A DNA stretch of 63,998 nt, filler included, from Dirinaria sp. TL-2023a (GCA_051941275.1; 17 parts of 17 records of this genome joined end to end with filler, not necessarily neighbours in it); one strand, 5' to 3'. Numbered from the whole stretch's first letter, positions 49,627-63,102 are shown. Notes: generated by a model not told the origin, from the letters alone. Numbers and translations are program-made.

Positions 49627-50197
49627 ATCAAGCGGTACTCGAGAGCGATCGACCACGTGAAGTTCGTGCTCTACACGGAGAGAAATGGGACACCCATCAC
49701 CGCAAACCATTATTTCGCTAATAACCTCGAGAAATGGTATGCGTCCTAATTCCCATTTGATTAATTAGAAGGAAAATGCTGACTAACAAACGTTACACCC
49801 CCTTAGCCGACAATTGCGTATGCAGAAGGGAATGAAGAATAAGGCCGTTTAATCCCCACAGCAAAGAGCCGAACTCGTTTCGCTGGATGTCGTGATGCAG
49901 ACGTATCATGCGAGTAACCTTGACCATATCGTCCAGGATTTGCATGATATATTGCAGTCGTACTATAAGGTGGCCAGGAAACGGTTCGTTGATAATACTT
50001 GTATGCAAGGGGCTGATTACCACCTTGTAACAGGACCGGATTCGCCGGTCAGAGTATTCTGCCCAGCGTTTGTCGCAGATCTTACCCAAGATCAACTGGA
50101 GGCCATAGCGGGGGAGGATATTGGTACGAAAAGGAAACGGGCTACGCTCAAGTATGAGATCGAGAATCTAGAAAAAGGGAAGAAAGCGCTTATTTAG
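49627..50197 (+). pseudogene. Dynamin/Mx-like GTPase C-terminus (GED), with in-frame stop
   Basis: ERNGTPITANHYFANNL, intron 49737-49806, LHDILQSYYKVARKRFVDN, LEAIAGED..KRKR..L..EIENL; in-frame TAA at 49850-49852. Confidence 0.7.
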
Positions 50198-50495
50198 CGG
50201 CGCGACTTCCACTCACCACGTAACGCTACCTTGGTTGTGAGGGGGTTCTATTAACTTAATTTCCATTACACAATAAACCCTACATAACTTCAACTAAAGC
50301 CCTACATGCATTGAGCTCTTTCTTGCGCTGGCACACACAATTAAGTGAAAACAACTTGATTCGAAGAAGAAAACACGGTCTCTCGAACCGTGAACTGGCA
50401 TAGAACCGACGGCAACAGCAATTTTTCTACTCCAGCCAAGTCCGCCAATGGTATCTTACTCATTCAATAATTCCAAGTCCAATCATTAAACCTCT

Positions 50496-51251
50496 AATAA
50501 TGCCGTGTATTGTGTCAACAACATTCATCTTATAAGCAAAGAATAAGAATCACGCCCTTAGGATCCAGAATTCCCAAAACAAGCCTTTTTCTTTTTTTTT
50601 CCTGTGAAAAAAAAGTTCACTCGAATCTTGAAACTCTTCACTCGAATAAAGAGCAGAGCATGCCGTAGAGAGGATGTAAAGTTTTCGTGCTTTTTGAAAC
50701 CCCGTCCCAGGATGGCGCAAAATCAGCCAACCAAAGCGTCATAAAATTCCCGAATGAGGAGCCGGTGTACGAGTACGAGTATACCGCTATAGCAGCTAGG
50801 TAGGGTAGGCTGAAAACTTACCATCTGAGAGACATCCCGTGAGCTGATGATATGAAACATGAGGGAAACACGATGGCAGCAAGTAATATTTTCTGCTCAA
50901 GGCTAGTTCTCAAAGTATACCTATCCAATCGTTCCAAATCTCATCGTGAGTCTTCAATAATGCCGTGTATTGTATTACATTCATCTTATAAGCAAAGAAT
51001 CACGCCCTTGGGTCCAGATTTCCCAAAACAAGCTTTTCTTCCTGGAAAAGAGTTCACTCGAATAACGAGCAGAGCATGCCGTAGAGAGGATGTAAAGTTT
51101 TCATGCTTTTGAAACCCCCGCCCGTCCCGGTAAGTAGAGACGGGGATTGGCGCCAAATCAGCCAACCAAAGCGTCATAAGGTTCCCGAGGAGCAGGTACG
51201 AGTATACCGCTATAGCAGGTAGGTAGGCTGAACTCACCATTTGAGGGGCAT
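50496..51251. repeat. Diverged tandem duplication of a ~300-340 bp unit
   Basis: About 50496-50836 and 50956-51251 share blocks such as AATAATGCCGTGTATTGT, CATTCATCTTATAAGCAAAGAAT, GAGCAGAGCATGCCGTAGAGAGGATGTAAAGTTTT and AAATCAGCCAACCAAAGCGTCATAA. Confidence 0.88.
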
Positions 51252-51281
51252 CTAAATCCAAAGTCAGAACTTCTGCGCTAC

Positions 51282-52221
51282 TTAAGGCCGGGGGAAGGAA
51301 TAGTGGAGTGGTGGGGCAGGTACATAATCGATACGGATGAGCGAAGATTTTTTCGCTTTGCCGTTCGCGTCGCGCTCGCTGAACGGGTAGTGCATGATCC
51401 CGTGGACCTTGCCTGTGCGGAAGGGGAAGCCGACGATGTCCCTGACCTGGGACTCGCTCGATGGTTAGTATGTTTTTTGTGCTGCTCTGGACAAAGCATA
51501 ATGTGTTAAAAGGATTGCAACGTACCGATGGTTGCTCGGGTGTGCGTTCCTTTGGGTACCACCACGCCCTTATCTCACCATTCGTTACACCGATCCAAGC
51601 CCTGTCGTGGAATTCGAAGGTCCACTGCTCGTGCGGCGCCACTGCCTCGAGCATTTTCTCGAAGGCTTCGATGTGAGGCTTCGACCGTACCTGCACTGCG
51701 ACACAAAGACACTCCTCGATTTCCAGCTCGGCTAAAGCAGCAGCGGTCGCAGAGGTGTGGTTCCCGAGACCTGGAAAGGGACCTTCTACCCAGCGAGGGA
51801 GCCGCAGGGTCAGTGTCCTGACAGATCTAAAGCGGGATACACAGGAGGCGATGTGAGCATCCATGGCCGTACTGCTCAAGCGTTGATTGTCTGGAAAGAC
51901 ATATTCGAGATCGACGTGCTTCATCAAGTGCAGCCCCGAGTTCGGAGAGGGGAAGCCGACGGTGTCCTCGTAGATCGGTATCTGGAGAGAGTAGACTCTT
52001 CCCTCGCTGTATATCAATGATAGCACTTCGGCGTGGATTTGCTTACAAGTTCGCAGCAAACCGTCATAGGCGCAAGGCTGGGGACATTCTTGGTCGTCTT
52101 GCATGTGGAGCCGGAGCCGGCAAAAGGTGTGGGGAAGATCTTCGCATACGTAGTCGTATATCTGAAGCCGAAGCTCCAGAGGCAAGGAGAAGAGAATGCA
52201 AGTGTCCTCGAGGTTTGCCAT
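51282..52221 (-). CDS. Hypothetical protein with F-box-like N-terminus
   Basis: MANLEDTCILFSLPLELRLQIYDYV..LLRTCKQIHAEVLSLIY; probable intron at about 51455-51523 (GTACG..CTAAC); 3' end uncertain. Confidence 0.6.
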
Positions 52222-53271
52222 TGCGTTTGTAGGCACGATGTGTTCAACAGGTTCTTGATTTACACACTTTGAGGCGAGTTTTTCCTGGCGCAAAAGAAAA
52301 TTTAGGAAAAAAAAAAAGGAGGAAGGAATGATCTGCACAATTGAAAGAAATGGGGGCTGTCTCAATGACAGCGAATTGAATTCCTTGAATCTTTCCTGAC
52401 CCATTCCATGAATGAAATTGAGTCACTGATTCGGTGCCACATGTCTACCGCCCTCACAGGATCATGCATTGACGGCCAGAGTGATATACCCTAGACCGCA
52501 ATCCTTCGTACTACCCCACCCCGGCAGTAGGCCGTGTACAACCTGAAAATCGAGGACGGGGTAAGAGACAGATTGAAGCTTGTGGCGAGGGTAACAACTC
52601 TGCCAGAAGGTCCAAGGCTGTCGCCTTGAGTCACATCAATATATCAAGGTTAAAATCCATTGCTATGCGCCTCGGATTCGCAAGGCGCACTTTCTCCGGG
52701 GAAGCACGAGCGATAAGTTGGGTCCCCAGTCCAATCATTCTTCCACGTATAAGCCTGCCCACTGGGGGCCTTCCTTATGCGGTATCGTATCCATCGAATC
52801 ATATTTCAATGGCAATAATTCATATGTTGAGTGCTTCCAAAAGTACCTGTGGATTCTAGAATCACGAACATTTCACCATAAACCTTTGTAGTTCCAGTCA
52901 CTGTAAAAGTTTCTAGGCGCGCTAGGCGCAGCAGTAGCCGCCGCCTACACCCAAAGTTTACACCCGCAATGCTTAAGTTTCTATACCTCACATTTCCATT
53001 CTTCTAAGTATAGGTACCGTATAATCTCCGACTGTGACCGCCTGCTAAAGCTTTCAGCTTTGGACTCTTTCCTTCTCTCCTTCGAAGTCTTTCTACATCT
53101 ACTTTACGTTTTGTCACCGTGCCTGCCTTCGAGTATACCAGGAAGCTCGTGCCTACTCAACCTAACCCTTTCCATAGTATCCGAAGATGCTGCCCTTCTT
53201 TGAAGATATCTTTCAAGTGATTGAGATTAGACAGAGCCTTTCTTCCCTCTTTTCCTTTCTGGCTACTCACA

Positions 53272-53313
<42 letters not shown>

Positions 53314-54160
53314 AAAAACAATAGNNNNNNNNNNNNNNNNNNNNNNNNNNNNNNNNNNNNNNNNNNNNTTAATTAATTAANNNNNNNNNNNNNNNNNNNN
53401 NNNNNNNNNNNNNNNNNNNNNNNNAGCGCTGGCAGATGAACGGATTCAGCCGGTCCATTCTGCCACACAATCTGCCTTATCTCTTTCTGCGCAAGGCTGC
53501 AGCCGAATATGCATAGAAGACGGGTGGTGAGGCTGTGCGGACTGCGGAGGGCTACCCGAACATTAATTAGCACCGCGCGGGGGCGGTACCATCATTATGA
53601 TATTATTACCATTAAGACTGTGTGCCCCCGGCATCTCGCTTTAGCCTAGAAGATCAACACACTAGCTGGCATCTTAAAGAGCTGCCACACTCTTCAAAGT
53701 CAAACCTCGGCAAGAGATGAGATGGCGGAATTTTCTCTGCTTTCACGCGGCATGAGTAAATACCTTTGCAGGGAAATATAACCAAATTAGTACCAAATTT
53801 TTCACGGTTATCAAATATCTGCAGCAACTCAAAGTCCTAGCCATGGCCTCAATTATCAGCAATCCTTCAGATGAAGAGGCCGGCGACCATAGCGACTATA
53901 CCGCAGCCGAAGTCCTCCCGGGCTACTCACAATCACCCTTTAACGCATCTTACCTTATCTTGAAATCACGCCCACAGCTGAGGCTTCGAGTTGCTTTAGA
54001 TTTACATATTGATTAGCAAATGATATCGATGGCTCAAAATGTGATTAATGTTCTTCTTGTACAAGACGTCCTTGCAGTAAATATCTTAAAAAAAAGGACA
54101 TCAATTAAGAATTTAAGATCATTAAAGAAATTAGAAACGTGAAAACATTTTAGGGATTTC

Positions 54161-54379
54161 TGTCATGGTGCCAAGTCGCACAGTTCTCAGGCCAAGCTAC
54201 ACAATCCTCGGCGGAGGCTGCCAAGCCTAGTACGGGTCGCGTATGCGGCTATAGGGGGTTGCCAATGTTAAACCCCTTCTTTTCTCCTTGTCTTTCGTCT
54301 TGTACAATAAACCTAGTTATACCAGAATAGCCAATCCAGATACCTCCTGTTCAGGTGGTCCCAGCCTCAGCCCCCGACA
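54161..54379 (+). mobile_element. Solo LTR copy 1 (no matching TSD)
   Basis: TGTCA..GACA termini, internal AATAAA, homologous to the inverted copy at 54439-54651; has a small internal duplication near 54171-54215. Confidence 0.72.
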
Positions 54380-54438
54380 GTTGTGTTATCCTGAGGTAGA
54401 TATTCTAAGGGTGTTTCAAGTGTTGCGTCCGCTACTAT

Positions 54439-54651
54439 TGTCAGGGACTGAGGCTAGGACCACCTGAACAGGAGGTATCTGAATTGGCTATCGAGGTATA
54501 AATAGGTTTATTGTACAAGACGAAAGACCAGGAAAGAAGGGGAATGGGGTTGCCCTGGTACTTAACGTTGGCAATCCCCTATAGCCGCATAAGCGACTCG
54601 TACTAGGCTTGGCAGCCTCCGCCGAGGACTGTGCAGCTTGGCACCATGACA
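54439..54651 (-). mobile_element. Solo LTR copy 2 with 5-bp TSD
   Basis: TGTCA..TGACA termini; ACTAT on both sides (54434-54438, 54652-54656). Confidence 0.82.
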
Positions 54652-55792
54652 ACTATCACCTAGAATAAGAATCTAATATAAGACTAGGATTTGATCTGTT
54701 GGAGAGATCTGTCAAGGAACAACGAGTGTCTCTTAGTGATATGGCAATTATCACACAAGGCAAGGTACTTAGTGTCATGGACCTTACCTATGTTAGGTCA
54801 CGTGCCTACCTTGGACCCTGAGGCAGGACCCTGGTTTTCACATGCGTGGGTTATCTGATGTATACCGAGGTTGTTGGGGTGGTGTTGTTGTTTTTGCCCG
54901 ATCGGGGCTAGCGTTCCCGGGCCACGCCTTTCCGGTATGTTACCCACACACCTATTTATTGCATACCATGTACTTAGATTTCTTCTTTTTCTTCCTTTCT
55001 TCCCTAGTATTAGTATCCTAGTCTAGTATTACCCACATGCTATGTTCGCTGTGCAGGCCTTGACACTTAGTACTTGTAGCAGTAGTAGACAAGTTAACTT
55101 AAGTGGAACACGATGCCAGAAGAACGTCGTGTTGAAGATCTATATATTCGCTGAGACCTCTCATGCTCTCTCTGCTCTCTCGAGCGAGCCAGTAGAGCTT
55201 TTATCTAAATTCGCCTCTTGCTCTTCTGCTCGCCTGGGCAGAGCGATAGAGCATTCCAGTGCTCGCCCTGCTCGCCTGGTAGAGTGGGTAGAGCAGCTGC
55301 AGGTATCCATGATTGGTACTACCTCTCTGCGTATCCTATATACTGGCTTAGGGTCCGCTGGGTCGTAACAAGAGAACGATAGCGATTTTGAGATTAAAAG
55401 AGCGAGAACTGACGGCGCACCGCTTTCCTTTGTCTCCATCACGGCATTCATTTTCAAGGCTACATGAATGAGGCTATGCCAAAGAGCGTGAGGATGTGCG
55501 CGCACTTTTTTGGCTGCTCGGACGCTGGAGGATTGGGTGAGTGAAAAGGTGAAGGATGAGCTTGCTCACCGGGCCTGAGGTGCTGATCACCTTGGTGGGG
55601 TGCCGAGTCACCCCTGCTCACTCAGCCGGCTCGCTAAAAGCGGCCACCCTGGGAGAGCTCCTGACTGAGTGGGGGGCAGATTTCTGTCTTCTTTTGGTGC
55701 CAAGATTTCGTTATAGCCGAGTTTTCTCACTATCTCCGTCTCTTCTAGTGCTGCAGTGGCCCTGACTTCTTCAACAACTGGCTTTAGCTGCC

Positions 55793-57108
55793 ATGCCTCT
55801 GCTGCGGCGACGTTTTGTTTGCTTTTACTGCGGCTGCCGGTCAGCCAAGAGCCATGCTGCAGATACTAGGCAGTGGCAGTGCGAGCGGTGTGAAGCCGTC
55901 AATCATCTGGATGAAGTAGGACACTCCTCCAACGAATAGAGCATAGCTGACAGCTTGTTCGTAGAAAGGCGAGATCACCGATCCTCCTGCTTCAGTGACA
56001 CAATCCGACACACGTTTTGCGCATTCTGCACCTCGTCCAGTTTCTCCTGAGCTTGGTTCATCTGAAGAGTCGCTCTTCTGCGCCAGATGCCTTACAAACC
56101 AGCATCTCCTGACACAGACCTTGGCTTCGTACCTCCCAGCGCCGACACACCCTGATTATGCGCAGTACGAGAAAAGCTACCCCAGATATCGCAAGGAACT
56201 GGAAGAGCGCTACCCTCAGGTCTGTCGGGATTGCGAGCCAAGAGTTCGCGAGAGACTACAAGCTACGGGCTATGCTGCGAAGACAGACCATTTACGGCGC
56301 ATGGTGGAGCAGACAAGGAACGGCCAATCTAAACGGTTGAGACCGTGGGGCTGGCAAGACAATGTGGTTGCCCTGGCTGCAGTATGCTGGTGGATGAGCC
56401 TACTGGCGCAGCTCGGCTGGCACGCTCTGAGCGTTATCAAATGGACAGATGAACCGGCTGGCTTAAGGGCGCAGGACTTCCCAAGCGACTCTTCGGTCCC
56501 ACTCCCTGAATGTGTGCGCCGATCTTTGGTACCAGGACCGTTGGAACCGGCCTGCGCTCAATCATACTCTACACTCACTGCGCAAGCTCTTTACCTGGGC
56601 CTACTATCGGCTTGGTGGAATCCGAGGCTACGACAGAAGCTGAGAGGTAACGTTGGGCGCATGGTAGGGCTGGTTGAGTACTATAAGCTCCAAGTAGTAT
56701 TCCTGCTTCTCAGAGCTGCTGCTTGGGGTTTGCTTGCGCATTCCTCCGCATTTGGAAGCGATACCAAGCATGCTCGCGCCACACATTCGTTCATGGTGGC
56801 CTTCATTACCATAGTAAGCTGCCACCTTCCGTTTTCCCGAATGCTGCTAATCATCATCGAGTCTATTGTCCTCTCCTATAACACAGTGCAATGGGACCCG
56901 ACCCCTCGCGTCTCCTTTCGAAGTAACTTGGAGCCACTCCTACCACCCGAAACCTCTCAGTCACGAGCAGAACAACAACGGAACGAGCCTACCCAATTAG
57001 CTGCTCAAGCTCAGCGTAACTTCGGCCGCAGCAATGCAAAACCACCACTGGGAACCGAACGCTTCTCCATCAACAGCCTAGCACCACAACCCCAACGCCC
57101 CTACCAAC
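55793..57108 (+). CDS. IMA1: Inner nuclear membrane protein Ima1 (3' end cut)
   Basis: CFYCG..WQCERCEAVNHLDE, intron 55916-55964, GEITDPP..FCARCLTNQ..LASYLP..LEERYPQVCRDC..GYAAKTDHLRRM, then TM helices and WWNP. Confidence 0.88.
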
Positions 57109-57208
57109 NNNNNNNNNNNNNNNNNNNNNNNNNNNNNNNNNNNNNNNNNNNNTTAATTAATTAANNNNNNNNNNNNNNNNNNNNNNNNNNNNNNNNNNNN
57201 NNNNNNNN

Positions 57209-58592
57209 CCACCGCGACACAAGCCTCCACCCTCCTCCTCCCTCTCAACACCTCATAACTGCGATCGCTCAGGAAATCCTCCGCCAGCAACTCCACGAGG
57301 CCCGCGAAGAGCAACAACCCGCTACTGATGGCGTTCATGGTGCCCACCATCAAGAGCCCCATCTCGCCGGCGGGATCGTACAAGCCGTGCACGGCGAGCC
57401 CGATGGCCTGGCCGATGGGCGTGGTGGTGCCGTACGCGAGGGCCATGAGCCACGGTTTCGGGGACGAAGGCGGGAAAGAGGTGATCGCTGCGATGCGGCT
57501 GCCGAGGGCGAGACCCTCGAAGGTTTGGTGGAAGGAGATGGCGATGAGGAGGACGATGAAGGGCGGCCCCACGGAGACGGACAGCGCCATCCCGATGAAG
57601 ACGCTGTGGAACAGGATCCCCGCTTCGAGCAGCAGGCATTGCAGGAGCATTTTCTTCTGCAGCTGGGAGGTGGAGAGGTTGCTTGGGGTTGCTGAGGTGA
57701 TGGCGCTGCTGGGAGGATTCAGTTCGTCGAGGTCTAGGTCCGAAGCGCCGTCTGAGTGATCATCCGGGTGAAGGGTGTTGTTACCAGGCTGGGTGTTTCG
57801 GGGTTTTGAGACGAGGTTCTCTGTCGAGCCTGACATGCGGCGGAGGGGAACGGCGTCTTCTTCGTCTGGGCCAATGACCGTTGACTGGAAATGCCGCAAT
57901 GAGCTGGTCCTTGGCCTTGAGGGTCTTGCATGCCCGTTGGTTAGATGTTTCTGCTCCTCCGCCCCGTGCTCGGCTGGCATGGTATCGTAGTCGCTGCCGT
58001 GCATGTGCCCTGCGCCTCTTGTTGCGAAGAACATTTCTATTCCTACCACAACCAGCACTGAGACCATGGCAATCAGCCCAGCCATAGCCGGGTAGCCTTT
58101 GTTCCAAAAAGAAGGAAGACATGGATCCGTGAGCGATACAAAGGCGGTGGGAAGGAGGTGGACGAAGGCTGTTGCAATGAGGACCCCGGTGCCGAAATGC
58201 CGAGAGAGGAAGAGAAAGCGATGAGGAACGGGAATTGGGAGGTTAGGGAACCGCCGTACTATTATTGGGAACGAGCATGCTGTTGGTCTTGTGAGCAGTA
58301 TGCCCTGGCATGCCCTATCGAGACACATATTCATACCTGCGGTGCTGAGGGCCAAGATAAGAATGAGGGCGAAGACGTGTAGCGAGGTATTATACGAGGC
58401 TCTTTGCCCCTTCGATCCGCACTCAGGTTTCTCATAGTCCTCACCCACTCGCTTCAGGAGTTCTGCACGGAGGACCTCGATTGGAATTTCTGACCAGGGA
58501 GTGGGATCTGGAGACTTTGAGTCATCGCTTCGCATATACAGGTCGCCAAACATACTTCTCGGTAATTTTAGATCAGGCACATTCTCAAGCAT
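57209..58592 (-). CDS. ZIP-family zinc/iron transporter (3' end cut; start uncertain)
   Basis: RHFGTGVLIATAFVHLLP, LLEAGILFHSVFIG, FHQTFEGLALG, TTPIGQAIG; intron at about 58280-58336. Confidence 0.9.
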
Positions 58593-58969
58593 ACTTCTCA
58601 CAAGACAGCGTACATCGAACCGCCATCATTCGTAATACAGGATGTCGTTGAACCTCGCTACTTACCTATTGGTTTGGACCCTTTCGCAAATAAAGCCAAC
58701 AATTTTCAGCCAGCCTGAACCCTATTCAAACCCTTAATTACTTCATATTAAGATTAACTCAGTTCAGGCGGTGGTAAGCAAAGTCAGCTCAGGAGTAAAT
58801 GTCAAACATGAGAAGGATACTTATAATTGATGGAATATAACGCGTCAACGATGCGGGCAAAGCTCAGAAATCAAAAGTGGGGACCGTGAGTGGCCATATG
58901 TACTTGGTCGGCGAATTATACATTTTTCCAATCATCGCTTTTAGACCTGCTGTAAAGAAGCACTTATCG

Positions 58970-60264
58970 TTAGGTGCCATTGAGAGCTGCGAAGGCGGTT
59001 TGCACTAAGCTTCGCGGAGGGTTTGCATCCCCAGTCCCAGTCCAAAAGAACAGACCCGCGAGCTGATGCTGCTTCGCAAAGGCCGCCTTCATTTGAACCG
59101 TCTCTCGATTGTCGTATGTGACAAACCCACCATCACCACCAACACAGTACGCTGCCCCTAGCTTACGATCGACATACTCTTTTGCCTCAGGGCGAGGTAG
59201 ATCGCGGTATTCGAACACACCCTCCTCTCCGCCTTGACCTGTGAACTTGTCACCAGGTTTCTTAGCTCCATGGAAGGAACGCCCATAGGCTGGAATGCCG
59301 AGCACTATCTTCGTAGATGGAACACCCTGTGTGACCAGATAGTCAACAGCAGATTGGCCTGATGCCCTTGCTGCATCAGAAGTCGGATGCTTTGGCGTAA
59401 AAAGCTGAGATTGATGACCACTTCTGCTCGTCCACGGACCGGCAAAATCATATGCCATCATGTTGATGAAGTCCAAATACGCAGCCGCTTGGCCTGCGTT
59501 TATATTTCTCAGAGCCCATTCTCCAGCAGGCAATGCGGTTGTGAGAATGAACGGTGCAGGTAGTGAAGAACGAAGAGCGGCAAGCAGTAACAGATACTGC
59601 GATCCTTGACGTGGATCTGACGGGTGTTCCCAATCGACTGTTCTGTTAGTATGTCAAACCAGAATCGTAAGACTGCTCTTACTGTCTATGCCATCAAGTT
59701 TGTAGGTATCAACGAGCGCTCTTGCGCTACTCGCGAAATGCTGTCTTGTGACCGGATTGCTCGCTACTCCAGCAAATGTTATACTGCCTTCGCCGCCTCC
59801 ACCAATGGAGAGAAGGACTTTTAGCGTCGGGTACTGCTTCTTCAGTGCGACTAAGGCGTTCAGACAGCCTTTTGTACCATCTACGTCGATTTGTGTGTCC
59901 GCATATTCGTCATGAAGCTAAAGAAGACTCAGCGTCGCTCGATATGTAATTACGTCGTCTCACATATACTGTGCCGTCATGTCTCAATCTAACAAAATAT
60001 TTTTTTCAGCTATAGCCTCAAATCCAGGAACCCGACAGCGTACCGTGCAAAAGCGTAGAAGGCATGGGTCGTATAGGCCAGGTTCATCGATGAAGGCGGT
60101 TGCTGTCGGTATATTCTCCAACTGGGATAGTAAACCGCATTTACGAAGCGTGAACTCGCCGTTTCAGCTTGGTCTCCTACCGAAGGCTGCTGAGAGCTCG
60201 AGCTCGAGCTGTGAGAGGGATGAGTGCTCCAATTAGGCTTAGGGGCGCGGCTGAACAAATGCAT
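58970..60264 (-). CDS. GH18 chitinase (4 exons)
   Basis: VNAVYYPSW, THAFYAFA, LKVLLSIGGG, catalytic DGIDIDWEHP spanning an intron, NMMAYDF, KIVLGIPAYGR, LAGLFFW; no obvious signal peptide. Confidence 0.9.
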
Positions 60265-61974
60265 AACCCACGATCCTTCTGAAGATCGGCTTTTTCTCTT
60301 TTAGGAACTTAGGAACTTTTTGAAAAAGGATAGAGATAGTGGTAGGAACTAGGAAGAATTCTGAAGGCAGGTGAGAATAGCGGGGGATAGATATATTTTC
60401 AGGAAGAGTCAAACTAGAAGATCGTGAATATCGAATATGAACTAGAAAGGATTGTGTGATTTCTCGAATGATGACTCGCTCTTTCCACGAAAACGAAAAT
60501 GAAGCTTTAAAGTGAGCGTATGTACGAAATGCAAATTAGAGATTATGCAGCATGATCCGCGCGATTCATACGAGCTAGAACATTTAGATTCTGCCGAAGC
60601 TCGCTTTGTATGATGATGTGTCTACTGTGTGAAGTTGATATAGAAACTGAAATCAGGTTTCAGGCAGAAGACAGCCCTAGAACTAACCCTAAATTTTGTC
60701 GCTTAAAAAGAGGTCGGTAGTTTCTCGATGACGAAACTGTTCCAGTCACACTGGTGTTCTTGGCAACGGTCCAACCACCAGAGCGCACCAGGGTACTCTG
60801 TACCTGTAATCATTAAAGTATCTACTTCACCACGACATCACTTAATCCACCATACTCCGTAACCCATCCCCCATTCCCATCTCCACCCATANNNNNNNNN
60901 NNNNNNNNNNNNNNNNNNNNNNNNNNNNNNNNNNNTTAATTAATTAANNNNNNNNNNNNNNNNNNNNNNNNNNNNNNNNNNNNNNNNNNNNATGTAGGAG
61001 CAGTCCCTCGAATATATGCCAGCAATAATCCAAATCCTGCGCTCGGCAGAGTATATTAGGAAGACCATGGTCAGGCACCACACCCACCTGGAACCCAAAG
61101 CGTTTGCAAGATCATTGGCACAGAGCAGACGATAAATACCGTTGCGGCACTGTCGAAACATTGGCTTACGCGATATGGCCATCATTGCTTCAATTGGGTC
61201 GATGTCACGGGAAGCTGCCTTATCAATGCTTGGTGAGGGCACTGCTGATGCTGGTTGCTTTGATTGTAGACATGCCGCTGCTGCATTATGCTGGAGTGGA
61301 TGCTCTCCCGTCATTTCTGGCGCTGATGGTCCGACAGTGAGGTGAGGTGAGCGGCGGTATATCATGCCGCGCGATGTGTATGTAAAGTGGGCAATGTAAG
61401 GTAAGATACCTTACCTACTGTAGCTTCCATCGCTTACCTTAGGATCCTTAAGATATCGTAGGATCTGCGTTCCGGGTGTCAGGAAAAACAGCCAAGTCGT
61501 ACTCGTATAAGTTTCGTGGATGCAAGGCTCCCCCACCACTTTGAATCCTTCCCGTTCCGGTCTATCCGATGTCATTCCTCACCTCACTTGGCCTTCCTCC
61601 ATAAACCGACTGCGCATGCGAGAGCATATGATGCATTGATGTGTACGCAATTATGTGTTCCTTTTGTTTTTGGAAGTGTTGCATGCTAGGTGTTGTTGCA
61701 TGCATGTGTTGTTCGCTTCAGGCACCTCCCCACACTATTTAAACCATAGATGAGCACCCACTTTCTTAGAGTTAGCAAATGCATGCAAAAGTCAGTTTCC
61801 AATACCTTTCAGCTCTCTTACTTAGACAGCCAGGCCTACTTCGTGCCTAGTTTTGGGTGATATGATCGATTTTGTTTACTGACCCCAGAATGCTGGTAGC
61901 CCGGTTCTCTCCAGTTTCATAACATTTTCTAGCTGCAGAAGTTTCCACCAACGCAAGACCAGTACATCAGCAAC

Positions 61975-63102
61975 ATGACTTCTGTCTCGAAAGGCATCGA
62001 ATTCGAGGTCTACAAAGGTTCTAAGAATCGCCAATTGGTCAAGAGTGTCACCCATCATAAAGCTCTTGAGGACGATGAAGTTCTTATCAAGGTCAGCCAC
62101 AGTGGACTGTGTGGCACCGATGAGCACTATCTTGGAACGGACATGGTTTTAGGTCACGAAGGAGCCGGAACCGTTGTGGCTCTAGGTCCCAAGGTTAAAG
62201 ATCTAAACGTGTAAGCTTTGTTTCTTAAAGAGTTCTAGAATGGCTGTCGCAACTTCGATTGCGAGTCTGATGTCTGCTTTGCTAACCATCAAACCTACCA
62301 TGAGAGCAGAGGTGACGACATTGCTTTCGGCTACCAAAGATCCTGCTGTGAGGTCTGCGATCGCTGTCGCCAAAGCCTTGAAACATTCTGTGCAGAGCGC
62401 AGTTTCTACGGTTTCGAGAAGTTCGATATTGGGTCCATGGCTTCCCATATTGTGTTTCGTGAAGCCTTCGTGTACAGGCTTCCTTCAGGCATCGACAAAG
62501 AAGCCGCCTGCGCTCTCATGTGTGGAGGCGCAACTGTATTTAACATTTTCGACATGTTTGCGGTGAAGCCTACCGAACGGGTTGGTGTAGTTGGTGTCGG
62601 AGGTTTGGGCCACCTTGCCATTCAGTTCGCAGCCAAATGGGGTTGCAAGATCACCGTCTTCTCTACGAGCGAGAGCAAGCGACAGGATGCCATGGAAATG
62701 GGAGCCACAGATTTCATCGTGGTCACAGCGGACACGAAAACCTTTGAAGGTATCTCGCCGATCGATCATCTGATCGTGGCGACGAGCGCGCAAATACCCT
62801 GGAAGCTATATCTTACGGCAATGGCTATGCCAGGGACTGTGTACCCTCTCACTGTCGTCGGGCAGAACGACGAGCTTAGTCTACCCTATCTGAAGTTTCT
62901 CTTCGGCGGAGTCAGAGTTCAGGCAAGCATCGTGGCATCCAGGAACACTTACAAGCGCATGTTGGATTTCGCAGCGTTCCATGGTGTGAGAGCGACAGTA
63001 CAGAGGTACAAGCTGAATCTTGAAGGCATAGAAAAGGCGATGAAGGAGCTTAGAGAGGGAAAGGTCAGACACAAAGGCATTTTGTGCGCTGACACACAAT
63101 GA
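61975..63102 (+). CDS. Zn-dependent (cinnamyl-type, probably NADP) alcohol dehydrogenase
   Basis: GLCGTD, LGHEGAG, intron 62211-62309, structural Zn CEVCDRC..C, LMCGGATV, GVGGLGHLAIQFA. Confidence 0.92.

Noticed and set aside
50986..52404. 472-aa single-exon ORF
   Set aside because: It probably reads through an intron and into the duplicated 3' block; the plausible gene starts at 52221.
3740..60991. Regularly spaced TTAATTAATTAA repeats every ~3.8 kb
   Set aside because: Artificial six-frame-stop linkers within N runs. Not CRISPR or biological, and gene adjacency across them is meaningless.
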